Shown: positions 47,355 through 57,162 of the stretch, piece after piece | Position numbering within the stretch: position 1 is the first letter of the stretch | How the letters are laid out: the number at the start of each line of letters is the position of its first letter | Assembly: GCA_013416795.1 (NCBI GenBank) | Contig: RQSC01000869.1 | Span: forward strand, 25,184-89,183 | Direction of reading: 5' to 3' | DNA length: 64,000 nt | Source of the DNA: Prasinococcaceae sp. CCMP 1430 | Lineage: Eukaryota; Plantae; Prasinodermophyta | Translations under genes and position numbers: made by a program | The notes under the pieces: model-generated | Databases searched by the model: none | What the model was told of the DNA's origin: nothing | What the model saw: only the letters and a program-made list of their open reading frames with translations

Positions 47355-50300
47355 CTAATAGTTCCGGGTGTACAAGCCCCCCTGCTGCTGTCCCCCCGCT
47401 CCCGCCACCGCATAGGGATTGAAGCTATCGAGGGGCGCCAGTGTCTCCTGTCCGGGCGCACCACCTGCGTAGGCGGCCGCCTGTGCCTGCTGCGATATCG
47501 CTTGCTGATGATACTGCTGCAGCGCCGTCGCTTGCATCTGCACCTGTTGAATCGCCGCTGCCGCCTCGAGCCGCTGTTGTTCCACTTGCTGCTGCTGCAA
47601 CGCCAGCTGCTCACGTTGCACCGCCATGGCATCTGCAAAAGCGGCCGCCTGCTCCTCGAGTGCCGCCTGTTGCACGGACATGCGGGCCTCTCGCGCCTCG
47701 AGGTCGGCAAGCGCCTTGTGCTCAGCCTCACGACGCAGGGCGGCACTGAGGCGCGCAGCCTCCTCTGCCGCTTCCTCGGCGTCTTGAGCAGTGGTCGGAA
47801 CTGCGTACGGATCGCGAGGGTCGTACGGTGGGCGTGAATCCTGCAGTTGGCTGGGTCGGAGTGACACGGGTGCTGCCACTGCCTGGGAAGCAGCACGCGC
47901 ATTTGCAACGACAGGTGCCGACGGCGGCGGCAGCGAGGGCATCAGCTGCGCTGGTGCCGCGGTAGGCGCCGAAGGCGGGGGCAGTGACGGCATCAGCTGC
48001 GCCGGCGCTGCAGCCTCGGCGGCGGACGACGCGCCCTCCGTGGGCGCGGCAACGGTTGCCTGCGCGTGCGCTGCCACGGATTGCGATGGTACCGCCGCCG
48101 CCACCTGCCGCTCCGCCGCTCGCGGTGAGATGCGGCCGAGGTCCAGCTGCGGCACACTTGGCGCCATGAACGAGTTCTCGGCGGCAGTGTGCGTGCGCAC
48201 CGGCATTTGTGAAGCTGACGCTTTTGAGGGAGTCGTGTCGCTCGCACTTCGCGTTTCCTTCCCATCCGCGGTCGCTGGAGAAACATGACGTACGTCTTCT
48301 TTGCTGCGGCACGGCTTGCAGCGGCGGGGGCGCGTAGTGCTGGCACCACCGCCTCCCTCGGCGTCCGAGCCGGCGTCGATGCCGCCACCAGCATCTTCAG
48401 TATCCGATCGAACAGCATCCTCCGGCATGAGGAGCTTGCGCGCGGTGCGCTTTGCTTCAGAGTCTGCCCCCTCGACGTTAGAAATGTCCTCGGCATCGGG
48501 CGTGTCCGCACCCCTTGCGTGCACGGGAGTGACCGACGCGGGCGCCGTCGCTGGGCGTGCGTCGGGCCCATCCTCGATCATCGGCTTGCTCGCCGCGGGG
48601 CGCGGCGTCGCAGAAGGTGTCGTGCTCGGCGTGCTGGCCGGCGTGACGTTGCTTGGCGAATTTGAGTACACCTCCGCTTTGAGCCCTTGCTTCTTGTCCA
48701 GCCAGCGGTACACCCTGAACTTCGTGGACACGCCCGTGCCCATGTCCTCCACCTCCACCCAGTCAAGCCTCCACGCTGCGCCGAACATGCCCGAATTGTC
48801 GTGCCATACCTCGAGCTTGTCGAGCACGCCCACCGCGGGCGCAGATACTTCGAATGCATTGGTCTCCCCGCGCTCGAGATCTCCTTTCTCCGTGGGCAGC
48901 TGTATGGCGCCGCTGTCGCCGTGCTGCCCGGACAGGCGCACGAATACGTTGGCGTCTGTGCCACTTCCGCGCTTGTTGGACGTCTTGACGGTGACCTTGT
49001 AGCGCGTCGGGGGCTGCGTGGATGTGTCGGACACGGCGCCTGCAGCCAGCAGCTCGACGCGCACGTTCTTCTTGACGAGTACTCCTTTGACGGGGTCGGG
49101 CGCGGAGAAATTGAACACCTCGCTTGTTGCTCCGTTGGTCACGTCCACGCCGCGCAGCATCCAGTCGGACCCGAACCACGCGCCGTCGTGCCACACGGTC
49201 AGCTTCTTGGCCGCGCCCACGTCCTTCTCCTCGATGAGGAACTCATCAGTCTTGCCGCGCTCGAACAGGTCCTTCCCACTGGCGTTGGTTAAGCGAATCT
49301 CGGCGGTATCTCCCTCAGTGCCGCTGAGCTCCATGAAGACATTCGCATCAGTACCTGCGCCTCGCACGTCCGCAGTGTGCACCTCAACACGATACTTGGC
49401 GGTTTTCACGCCCACCACCGCCCCCGAAGCGTCGCGCGGGAAGAGTACGCGCTCGACTTTCTTGTCGCCCTGCTTCCTGTCGAACCACTGGTCGCAAGGG
49501 AACGTCGTGGTCTCTCCCGAGGACACGTTGGTGACTTCGACCTGGGCGCAGTGCCAGCCGGGGAAAGGCCGCGAGTTGTCGTGTCCGATCTGGATGCGCT
49601 CGAGAGGCCCGACGGCAATGTCTTCGAAGAAGAACGTGTCGACGGCGCCGCGCTCGAAGTTGTCGGCAGACGTGTCCAGGCTGCGCCGGCCGCTCTGCTT
49701 GTCTTTCCCAAAGAGCACGAGGAAAACGTTCGCATCGGTGCCGGCCCCACGGCGGTCGGTCGTGTGGACCACGACCTTGTACTTTGCGAGGCCTGTCTCG
49801 ACGCCCGCGGTCGGGTCCCCTAGCTCGATGTCCTGCCTCAGAAGTTTCGGCTCCACGCCCTTGTCGAACCACTTACCGCTGGGAAAGAAGTACGTGTGAC
49901 CCGAGGCCACGTCTGTTATCTCCACCTGCTGCAGATGCCAGCCTGCGCCGAAGCCTGCTCCGTCGTGGCCGATGTTGATCTTGGTGATTTCGCCCTTCAG
50001 CGCCTGGTCCACGATCATGAACTCGTCTACCATTCCCCTCTCGAAGTTGTCCTTCGAGTTGTCAAGCTTGTGTTCGCTGGAGCGGTTTCCAAGCGCGTCG
50101 AACATGACGATACTGACATTCGCGTCGGTCCCTGCTCCGCGTATGTCAGAGGTGTGCACCACCACCTTGAGTCGGCGCGTCCCACCCATCGAGTCGGGCG
50201 AGTCCGGCTGCAGTTTCTTTTCGAGGCCATTCTTCTTGTCGAACCACGCGTCGCATGGAAAGAAGTAGCGCTCGTTGGTTTGCACGTTCGTTACCTCAAT

Positions 50301-53300
50301 GTACGCGAGCTTCCAGCTGGAGCCAAAGCCCGTACCGTCTGTCCCCACCAGCACGTGGTCGAGTTTGCCCAGGTCGGTGCATTCAATGAAAAACGTGTCC
50401 TTGTTGCCGCGCTCGAAGTCGTTCTTGGAGGTGTCGAGGGGCTCCCTCCTTGAGCTTAGCTCCTCGCCGTGAAGCTCGATCCACACATTGGCATCGGTAC
50501 CCGCACCGCGCTCGTCTGCCGTGGTCACCTCGATCTTGTACTTGCTCGACATGCGCTGCACCATGCCAGCCTTGGCACTGCCCTCAGGCCAGAGGTCAGC
50601 CTCGATTTGCCTGTCCCCTTCGCTCTTGGAGAACCACCGCCCACACGGGAATGTCACCATTTTGTTGGTGGACAGCTCGGTGACCTCGACCCGATTGCAG
50701 TGCCACGCCGCGCCAATGCCAAAGTTGTCGTGGCCTATGCGCACGTACTCGAGTTCACCGAGTGAGTACGGCAGCTCGAAGAAGAATGTGTCGACTTGGT
50801 TGCGCTCGAAGTTGTCCTTCGAGTTGTCGAGGACGAGCCTGCCACTGTCCTTGCCAGCGCCAAAGATGGTGGCAAACACGTTGGCATCCGTGCCGGCACC
50901 ACGGAGGTCTGACGTGTGTACCACAACCCTGTACTTGTGCTTCTTGCCCACGTTCGCAGGATCCGTCGCGACCAGATCCTTCTCGAGGCCGTCCTTCTTT
51001 GAGAACCACGCATCCACATTATAAAAGTATTTGCGCCCAGTGCCCATGTTGACGACCTCGACGGTGTCCACCTTCCACGCCGAGCCCAAGCCCGCGTTGT
51101 CCGAGCCCAGCCTGATCTTGGAGATCGGGTCGAGCGCCACCGTCTTGATCTGAAACTCGTCGACGGCGGCGCGCTCGAAGTTGTTCGCGGAATCGTCGAG
51201 CTTGATCCGGTCGGTGGATGCCTCCTTGCCGCTTCCGTCGGCAGCCTCTCCGAAGAGCTGGATGAAGACGTTGGCATCGGTGCCTGCGCCGCGGCAGTCC
51301 GCGGTGTACACCGTCACCTTGTATGTCGCCTTGCCCGACCGAGCCGCCTGTGCCGACCCGCTCAGTATTGTCCTCTCAATCTTCCCGTCCCCATCCTTTT
51401 TGGAGAACCACATGTCGACGGGGAAGTACCAGCTCTTGTTGGTGGTCCCGTTTGTCACCACGACACTCTCGCAGTGCCAACTCGGACCAAGTCCCTCATT
51501 GCCGTGGCCCAGCACAATGGAGCTGATCTCGCCAAGTTCGGGCAGCTCCTTGAACACGGTGCACGTCGTGTTTCGCTCGTGGTCGTTCGCCGAGCTGTCC
51601 ACGGCCAGTTTGGCGCTCTTCCCGAGATCGCCATTAAGATACATGTACACGCTCGCGTCGGTGCCAGCACCTCGCAGGTCTGATGTCACCACTTGGATTT
51701 TGTACTTGACCTTCGCTGCAGCCGCGCCCGTGGGCACCAACGTGCGCACAATCTCGCCGTCACCCTCGTCCTTGGCAAACCACATGTCGCACACGAAGAT
51801 GGTCTCCACGCCGGTGTTCGTGTCAGTGATCGTCAAGCTCTGCATGTGCCAGCCGGCACCAAACCCGCGGTTGTTGTGGCCGATGCAACACGATGTGATC
51901 GTGCCAACATCGAGGCTCTTGATCTGGAAGGCGTCCACCATGCCGCGCTCGAAGTTGTTGCGCGAGTTGTCCAGGCGGTGGTCGCCGCTGTTACCCTTGC
52001 TTCCGGAGAAGCTGAGCGTCACATCCGCGTCAGTGCCCGCGCCCTTGATGTCGCTCGTGACCACGGTGACCGCATATGTGTGCAGCGGATCGGAGGCGTC
52101 CGCGGGTTCGAGGTACCGCTCGATCTGCTTGTCGCCTTCATCCTTGGCCCACCAGAGACCTTTGCACGGGAAGAAGACGGTTACGCCAGTGTTGTTGTCG
52201 TCAATCTCTACGTAATCGGGCTTCCAACCCGACGCCACCCCCTTGTTGTTGTGTCCTAGCAGGATACGTTTGAGCGTGCCGAGGTCAGGTAGAGTGAATT
52301 GGAACTCATCGAGCATGGCACGCTCAAAGTTGTTCTTCGAGTTATTGAGCTGGAGGCGTTCGCTCTTAGCTTTGGTGCCCTCGATCTCGACGAAGACGTC
52401 GGCGTCCGTGCCGGAAAAGCGGTCGTCAGAGGTGAGGACGCGGATAGAATACGAGTGCTGCAGCGCCGACGCGCCAGAAGCGCTGGCCAGCAACCTGCGC
52501 TCAGTGAGCCCGTCACCCTGCGACACGTCAAACCACGAGCCACATGCAAAGAACGCGCGCGTGTTCGTGGTGGTGTTGACCACCTCAACAGATGCGCATT
52601 TCCAGCCTGATCCCATGCCGCGTCCATCGTGGCCAATGACCACCGCGACGATTTCTCCAACGTCTGGGGCGGTAAGCTTGAAGACGTCCACGTTACCCCG
52701 CTCGAAGTCAGCACGCGTGGCTTCGAGTGGCATCGTTGGTGTCTCACCCTTGGCGCCCTCAATGCGCAAGTACACGTTGGCATCCGTGCCGGCGAAGCGC
52801 TCGTCAGCCGTCACCACCGTGACCACCCACTCGCACGGTCTGCCAGCGCCAGAAACAGACATCTTGCCGCTGCCGGGCGTAAGTGTGCGCTTCGGGTAGG
52901 CATGGTCGAACCATAGCCCGGTGCCGCACGGGAACACGGTGCGTGCAAAGTCTGGCGCATTGCTGGCCACCTCGGCAGACGCCAGGCACCACTCAGGTGA
53001 CGCCCCCTTCATGTCAATGCCCACGATGAGCGACTTGAGCGCGCCCACGTCAAGGGCGCGCACCTTGAAGACATCCAATTTGCCGCGCTCGAAGTTATCC
53101 TTGGCACTCTCCAGCAGCAGCTCGGGCGTGCGCGCGCCTTTGGTCCCCTCAAGCACCACACGCACGCCCGCATCCGTTCCGGCGCCGCGCACATCAGCGG
53201 TGGCCAACGTAATGCGGTATTCGACCATCTTCCCCGCCCTGCCTGCACCACCGGCCACGAGCGTCCGCTTAATCTTGCGATCACCGTGGCTGCGGTCGAA

Positions 53301-56300
53301 CCACTGCTCGCATGCGAACACCGCGCGCTCACCGGTGGTGGCGTTCACCACAGAGATGTTGTCCAAGTGCCAGCTCGGGCTGAAGCCCGTGTCATCGTGA
53401 TGCACTGTGCACTTCTGCATCGGCCCCACGTCGACGGCATCGAACAGAAACATGTCCTCATTGCCGCGCTCGAAGCAGGTGCGGCCCGCGTCGAGCATCC
53501 GCGCGTGCTTCATTGCACCGTGCGTGCCATGCAGCAGCAGAAATACGTTGGCACTTGTCGACGCACCGCGAATGTCGCTCGTCTTGACCGTCACTTTGTA
53601 TCGACACATGCCTGGCCCGGGCTTCCCTGCCTGCATCGCGGCGGCCTGCTGCGCCTGCCAGCTCGTGGCACCACCGCCAGTGGCACGGCCCGCATTGCCA
53701 CCCAGGCTGAAGGGCTTGCGGTCGGCGTCATCGACGCTCATGTCTCCTTCGCCGCGTTTGGCGATGCTCACTGTCGTCACCTTTGCCGGCCTGCGCGCAG
53801 CGGGCGCTTTCGGAATGTCCACCACGCGCCACTGAAATACTGCGCGGTCGTGTCCGCCCGTGGACACCAGGTATTGGTCATCCACCGAAAAGCGCACGTC
53901 TGTGACGTGTGAGCTATGACCAGTGTACTCAAAGAAAGGTGCATCCTCGATGCAGCAGGGGTAATTCAACATCTTGATGCCCCCAAAGTCGTCGGCGGTC
54001 GCGATGACTCCGCCAGCGTTCCCACGCGTGTACGAACGCGAGCATGCATTGACGTCGGTGCCATCAGCACCGGGCGGGAAAATGCCCATCACCGGGAAGC
54101 CCAGCGTGCACGTCCAGGTCACCCACGTGAGGTCGCGGAGGCCCTCGTATGCCTGCTGGCCGGTGAGAGCTTCAAAGTAGAGCAATTCATAGGAGGCACT
54201 CGTGCACTGGATTATGCGGCTGCTCGAGTCCCAGTCGAGGTGCTTGATAAAGCTCGAGTGCCCCTTGCAGCGCGAGATACGACGGTAGCCGTTGTGCACA
54301 GCGTAGACGTCAACGAAATTGTCGTTGGAGCCCGCGGCCAGGAGGCTGCCATCTGGTGAGTACTTCAGCACTGCGATCTGCTCCGCTGCAAAATTCATGT
54401 ACGGGGCGGCAGCCTCACCGCGCTTAATGTCTATGACCTTGATACGTCCGTCTGCGAGGCCAACGGCCAGGTGCGCACCATCGGGCGAAAATGCGCCCGC
54501 GCGTGCCGCGCCGCCCACGTCGAACACCTTGCACAGCCAGCGCTCCGCTGCATCCCACAGGAAGACCTTCGATGAGTCGCACGCCGTGATGTACTGCGTT
54601 GGCGACACTGGATTGAAGGCACAGCCATACAAGTCACTCGTGTGGCCGTAGATGAGCACCTCGGGATCGCTGTCAATCTCCCAGATGTCGCAGGCACGCG
54701 TACCTGCCACGAAGACGTCGCCACCGTTCGGATGGCAGTCGAGGCTCTTGAAGACTGGACGCGCCTTGGCATCGTACGGCGAGCGCACCTCGGCGCGCAC
54801 GCTGAATCCGGCGCGCAGGTCGCCGGAACTCACATCCCACGCGAGAACGCGCCCGTCGGCGCCGGCGCTCAGCAGCGTGCGGCCATCGGCGCGCAGCTTG
54901 AGGCAGAACACGCCCTTGCGGTCGCGCACCTTCGAGGGCTCCTCAGGTACCGCCTTCTTCTTCTTTTGCGCAGCGGCGACTGCGCCCTTGGCCGCTCCGG
55001 CAGGCACAGGGCGCGTGTATACCGGATTGTTGCGCGCAGCATCGAGCGCGTCGTGCACGGTGTCCTCGCCTGGTGGCGGTGCCGCACCGTCGGCTACGCG
55101 CTTCTTCGGCTTTGGCGGCTCGTGCACCTTGAGCGGCCCTCCCACCAGCTGGCCGTCCTCCCAGATGTACAGCCAGCCCTCGGGCGAGCCCGTGACAATG
55201 CGCATGCTTGGCAGCACAGCCACGCTGAGCACGTTGTGGGGCTGCACGCGCTTGAAGTGCATCTTTTCGGCCTTCCACACCTTGCCACGCGCGTGCACGG
55301 ACAGGGGTTTGCCGGCGTCGTCGTGCGTGGCTGGCGTCCACATCTTGAGATGCTTGCAACCCCACGTGAGGAACGCGTTTTTCTTGAAGGGGTGCCACAT
55401 GACACCGTACACCTCGGGCGGCGTGCCCTGGTGATTCTTCACTTTGCATATCGCCGTGGGCGTGTCACTCATCCACTTCCACACATACACCGAGTGCTCG
55501 TTGTCGCCCACCACGGTGACCAGCCGCCGGCCGCCGTCGCCACCGTTCGCCTTGCCGCTGCTGAAGCAGCACGCAATGACGGCGCGATCGTCGCGGCCGT
55601 GCCATAGCCTGGGCACGCCCTCCACAGGTCGTGCGGTGTGCGTGTCCCATATGCATGCGTACGGGGCCGTACCGATGGGCGTGACCTGGCCTGTGCACAC
55701 CACGTTGCGATGGTCGGGGTGTACTGCGAGGCACTTGATGTCGTCGTTGTGGCCCTTGAAAAATTTCTGCGTGTGCGTGCGCTTATCGTACACGATGCCC
55801 ACCGCCGCCGTGTAGTACACAACCTCAGTCGGGATGTCCGTGTAGAAGAGGTTGGGCGCTGTGTTGGTGAGGCCACCGTAGCCGTGCACGAAGTCGAGCT
55901 TGAGGCCGCGGTCGGGCAGCGTCATGGAGCGACGCGCCATGTCCGCGTCGAAATCTGCGGGTGGATAAACCGTGATGGCGTCCTTGCGCGCCGGGCGGTA
56001 GCGCACGCGCGCGTCCGGGTCGACGGTGTCGCCCGGTCGGTAGGGCCCCTCCTTGATGTTGTCCGCACCGGGAGCCTTGCCGCCGCTCGCGAGCACCGCG
56101 CGGCAGAAGGCTTCGTACGGGAGGAGCCCGTCGCGGTCCATTCCGTACTTCTTGAAGAAGAGCGCGGCTTCCGCCGTGCTGCAGGTGACCCCCACAAGCG
56201 CGAGCGCCTGGACGAACTCGGCGCGCGCGACGCACCCCTGCGGCCACTCGACGTCCACCCGACGAAACGCGCGCAGGAGGAGCCGCACCTCGCCGCCGTT

Positions 56301-56597
56301 GAAGTCGGCCATGGCCCAGAGCTTGTTGCGCAGCTCGTCCTCCAGCAAGCGAAGGTGCGCGTTGAGCTCGCTCTTGCCGAGCCCCTTGAGCGAGCGGGCG
56401 GTCGCGCCGCCCGAGAGCGGCGGTGACGCGCCACCTGCACGCGCGGGCGCGCTGCCGTCGAAGTCCCACACGGGCGGCGCAGGCTCTGCGGCTCTCGGCC
56501 GCGCGAACGACGGCGTGGGCCGCTGCGTGCCGGGCGGCGGCGGTGCCACGCCCGGCGCTGACGTCGGAGGCGCGGGTCCGATCGGTGCGAACTCCAT
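47355..56597 (-). CDS. Giant EF-hand + HELP/WD40 (EML TAPE) + 13 tandem PLAT/LH2 domain protein (3080 aa)
   Basis: EF-hand-like pair near the N-terminus; HELP PDRGLKLDFVHGY; EML WD40 motifs FKGHNDDIKCLAVHP, CKGHSSFIKHLDW and GHSSHVTDVRF; 13 repeats of Y-x-V-x-V-x-T-[SA]-D-x-R-G-A-G-T-D-A-N-V...FERG...W (~48665-53605); low-complexity/coiled-coil tail. Confidence 0.9.
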   Translation of the reverse strand: MEFAPIGPAPPTSAPGVAPPPPGTQRPTPSFARPRAAEPAPPVWDFDGSAPARAGGASPPLSGGATARSLKGLGKSELNAHLRLLEDELRNKLWAMADFNGGEVRLLLRAFRRVDVEWPQGCVARAEFVQALALVGVTCSTAEAALFFKKYGMDRDGLLPYEAFCRAVLASGGKAPGADNIKEGPYRPGDTVDPDARVRYRPARKDAITVYPPADFDADMARRSMTLPDRGLKLDFVHGYGGLTNTAPNLFYTDIPTEVVYYTAAVGIVYDKRTHTQKFFKGHNDDIKCLAVHPDHRNVVCTGQVTPIGTAPYACIWDTHTARPVEGVPRLWHGRDDRAVIACCFSSGKANGGDGGRRLVTVVGDNEHSVYVWKWMSDTPTAICKVKNHQGTPPEVYGVMWHPFKKNAFLTWGCKHLKMWTPATHDDAGKPLSVHARGKVWKAEKMHFKRVQPHNVLSVAVLPSMRIVTGSPEGWLYIWEDGQLVGGPLKVHEPPKPKKRVADGAAPPPGEDTVHDALDAARNNPVYTRPVPAGAAKGAVAAAQKKKKAVPEEPSKVRDRKGVFCLKLRADGRTLLSAGADGRVLAWDVSSGDLRAGFSVRAEVRSPYDAKARPVFKSLDCHPNGGDVFVAGTRACDIWEIDSDPEVLIYGHTSDLYGCAFNPVSPTQYITACDSSKVFLWDAAERWLCKVFDVGGAARAGAFSPDGAHLAVGLADGRIKVIDIKRGEAAAPYMNFAAEQIAVLKYSPDGSLLAAGSNDNFVDVYAVHNGYRRISRCKGHSSFIKHLDWDSSSRIIQCTSASYELLYFEALTGQQAYEGLRDLTWVTWTCTLGFPVMGIFPPGADGTDVNACSRSYTRGNAGGVIATADDFGGIKMLNYPCCIEDAPFFEYTGHSSHVTDVRFSVDDQYLVSTGGHDRAVFQWRVVDIPKAPAARRPAKVTTVSIAKRGEGDMSVDDADRKPFSLGGNAGRATGGGATSWQAQQAAAMQAGKPGPGMCRYKVTVKTSDIRGASTSANVFLLLHGTHGAMKHARMLDAGRTCFERGNEDMFLFDAVDVGPMQKCTVHHDDTGFSPSWHLDNISVVNATTGERAVFACEQWFDRSHGDRKIKRTLVAGGAGRAGKMVEYRITLATADVRGAGTDAGVRVVLEGTKGARTPELLLESAKDNFERGKLDVFKVRALDVGALKSLIVGIDMKGASPEWCLASAEVASNAPDFARTVFPCGTGLWFDHAYPKRTLTPGSGKMSVSGAGRPCEWVVTVVTADERFAGTDANVYLRIEGAKGETPTMPLEATRADFERGNVDVFKLTAPDVGEIVAVVIGHDGRGMGSGWKCASVEVVNTTTNTRAFFACGSWFDVSQGDGLTERRLLASASGASALQHSYSIRVLTSDDRFSGTDADVFVEIEGTKAKSERLQLNNSKNNFERAMLDEFQFTLPDLGTLKRILLGHNNKGVASGWKPDYVEIDDNNTGVTVFFPCKGLWWAKDEGDKQIERYLEPADASDPLHTYAVTVVTSDIKGAGTDADVTLSFSGSKGNSGDHRLDNSRNNFERGMVDAFQIKSLDVGTITSCCIGHNNRGFGAGWHMQSLTITDTNTGVETIFVCDMWFAKDEGDGEIVRTLVPTGAAAAKVKYKIQVVTSDLRGAGTDASVYMYLNGDLGKSAKLAVDSSANDHERNTTCTVFKELPELGEISSIVLGHGNEGLGPSWHCESVVVTNGTTNKSWYFPVDMWFSKKDGDGKIERTILSGSAQAARSGKATYKVTVYTADCRGAGTDANVFIQLFGEAADGSGKEASTDRIKLDDSANNFERAAVDEFQIKTVALDPISKIRLGSDNAGLGSAWKVDTVEVVNMGTGRKYFYNVDAWFSKKDGLEKDLVATDPANVGKKHKYRVVVHTSDLRGAGTDANVFATIFGAGKDSGRLVLDNSKDNFERNQVDTFFFELPYSLGELEYVRIGHDNFGIGAAWHCNRVEVTELSTNKMVTFPCGRWFSKSEGDRQIEADLWPEGSAKAGMVQRMSSKYKIEVTTADERGAGTDANVWIELHGEELSSRREPLDTSKNDFERGNKDTFFIECTDLGKLDHVLVGTDGTGFGSSWKLAYIEVTNVQTNERYFFPCDAWFDKKNGLEKKLQPDSPDSMGGTRRLKVVVHTSDIRGAGTDANVSIVMFDALGNRSSEHKLDNSKDNFERGMVDEFMIVDQALKGEITKINIGHDGAGFGAGWHLQQVEITDVASGHTYFFPSGKWFDKGVEPKLLRQDIELGDPTAGVETGLAKYKVVVHTTDRRGAGTDANVFLVLFGKDKQSGRRSLDTSADNFERGAVDTFFFEDIAVGPLERIQIGHDNSRPFPGWHCAQVEVTNVSSGETTTFPCDQWFDRKQGDKKVERVLFPRDASGAVVGVKTAKYRVEVHTADVRGAGTDANVFMELSGTEGDTAEIRLTNASGKDLFERGKTDEFLIEEKDVGAAKKLTVWHDGAWFGSDWMLRGVDVTNGATSEVFNFSAPDPVKGVLVKKNVRVELLAAGAVSDTSTQPPTRYKVTVKTSNKRGSGTDANVFVRLSGQHGDSGAIQLPTEKGDLERGETNAFEVSAPAVGVLDKLEVWHDNSGMFGAAWRLDWVEVEDMGTGVSTKFRVYRWLDKKQGLKAEVYSNSPSNVTPASTPSTTPSATPRPAASKPMIEDGPDARPATAPASVTPVHARGADTPDAEDISNVEGADSEAKRTARKLLMPEDAVRSDTEDAGGGIDAGSDAEGGGGASTTRPRRCKPCRSKEDVRHVSPATADGKETRSASDTTPSKASASQMPVRTHTAAENSFMAPSVPQLDLGRISPRAAERQVAAAVPSQSVAAHAQATVAAPTEGASSAAEAAAPAQLMPSLPPPSAPTAAPAQLMPSLPPPSAPVVANARAASQAVAAPVSLRPSQLQDSRPPYDPRDPYAVPTTAQDAEEAAEEAARLSAALRREAEHKALADLEAREARMSVQQAALEEQAAAFADAMAVQREQLALQQQQVEQQRLEAAAAIQQVQMQATALQQYHQQAISQQAQAAAYAGGAPGQETLAPLDSFNPYAVAGAGGQQQGGLYTRNY

Positions 56598-56662
56598 GCC
56601 GCCGCCCGAGCCGGCGGCGTCTGCCGCGCCCGGCGAGTCCCCCGCGCCCGCGCTGGGCGCGC

Positions 56663-56663
<1 letters not shown>

Positions 56664-56699
<36 letters not shown>
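56664..56699 (+). repeat. (AC)18 microsatellite
   Basis: Perfect dinucleotide run about 70 bp upstream of the giant gene's ATG. Confidence 0.95.
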
Positions 56700-56701
<2 letters not shown>

Positions 56702-57162
56702 ACTCACCCACGCACACCCCCACCCTCACCCACACGCCTGGACCCCCCTTGAGCACCTCGAGCACGAGCACGCGCCACCGCGCGCGCGCGCGCCACTAAT
56801 CTTGCAAGATTTCAAATGCGCGCGACGGCACGCTGCGATACCACATTTAACGGAGATAAGGCTGCGCTTCCGCTAAAATATTCTCTTAATTTGAATTTGT
56901 CCCCAGCCCGAACGCCTCGATCTGAGACATGGACCCTTTAACCGATGATGTCCCCAAAAGCAGGCCTCGAACGCGTGCACGAGCCCCCATCGACCCAAAC
57001 CTCACCCGCAGCGCGCACCCAAGCAAAGCGGGGAGAGACGAGAGCGAGGCCGAGGTAGGGGGGAGGTAGACTGCGCGCACGCACCGCCAGCACGGGGGCG
57101 GGAACCGCAGGGGCTGGCGCCCGCGAGGGGATTGCGACGCCTGCGCGCGGGCTGGCGGCGCG

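Noticed and set aside
47920-48010. Duplicated PAQLMPSLPPPSAP segment
   Set aside because: Ordinary short tandem duplication in a low-complexity tail.
48665-53605. Regularly spaced near-repeats (e.g. gcgctcgaag, ggcatcggtgcc) that superficially resemble a CRISPR or repeat array
   Set aside because: The ~370-bp spacing and in-frame translation show they are conserved PLAT motifs (FERG, GTDANV).
56598-56771. N-terminal VCVCVC extension of the giant protein
   Set aside because: Translation of the AC microsatellite from a non-ATG start; the first ATG is at 56597.
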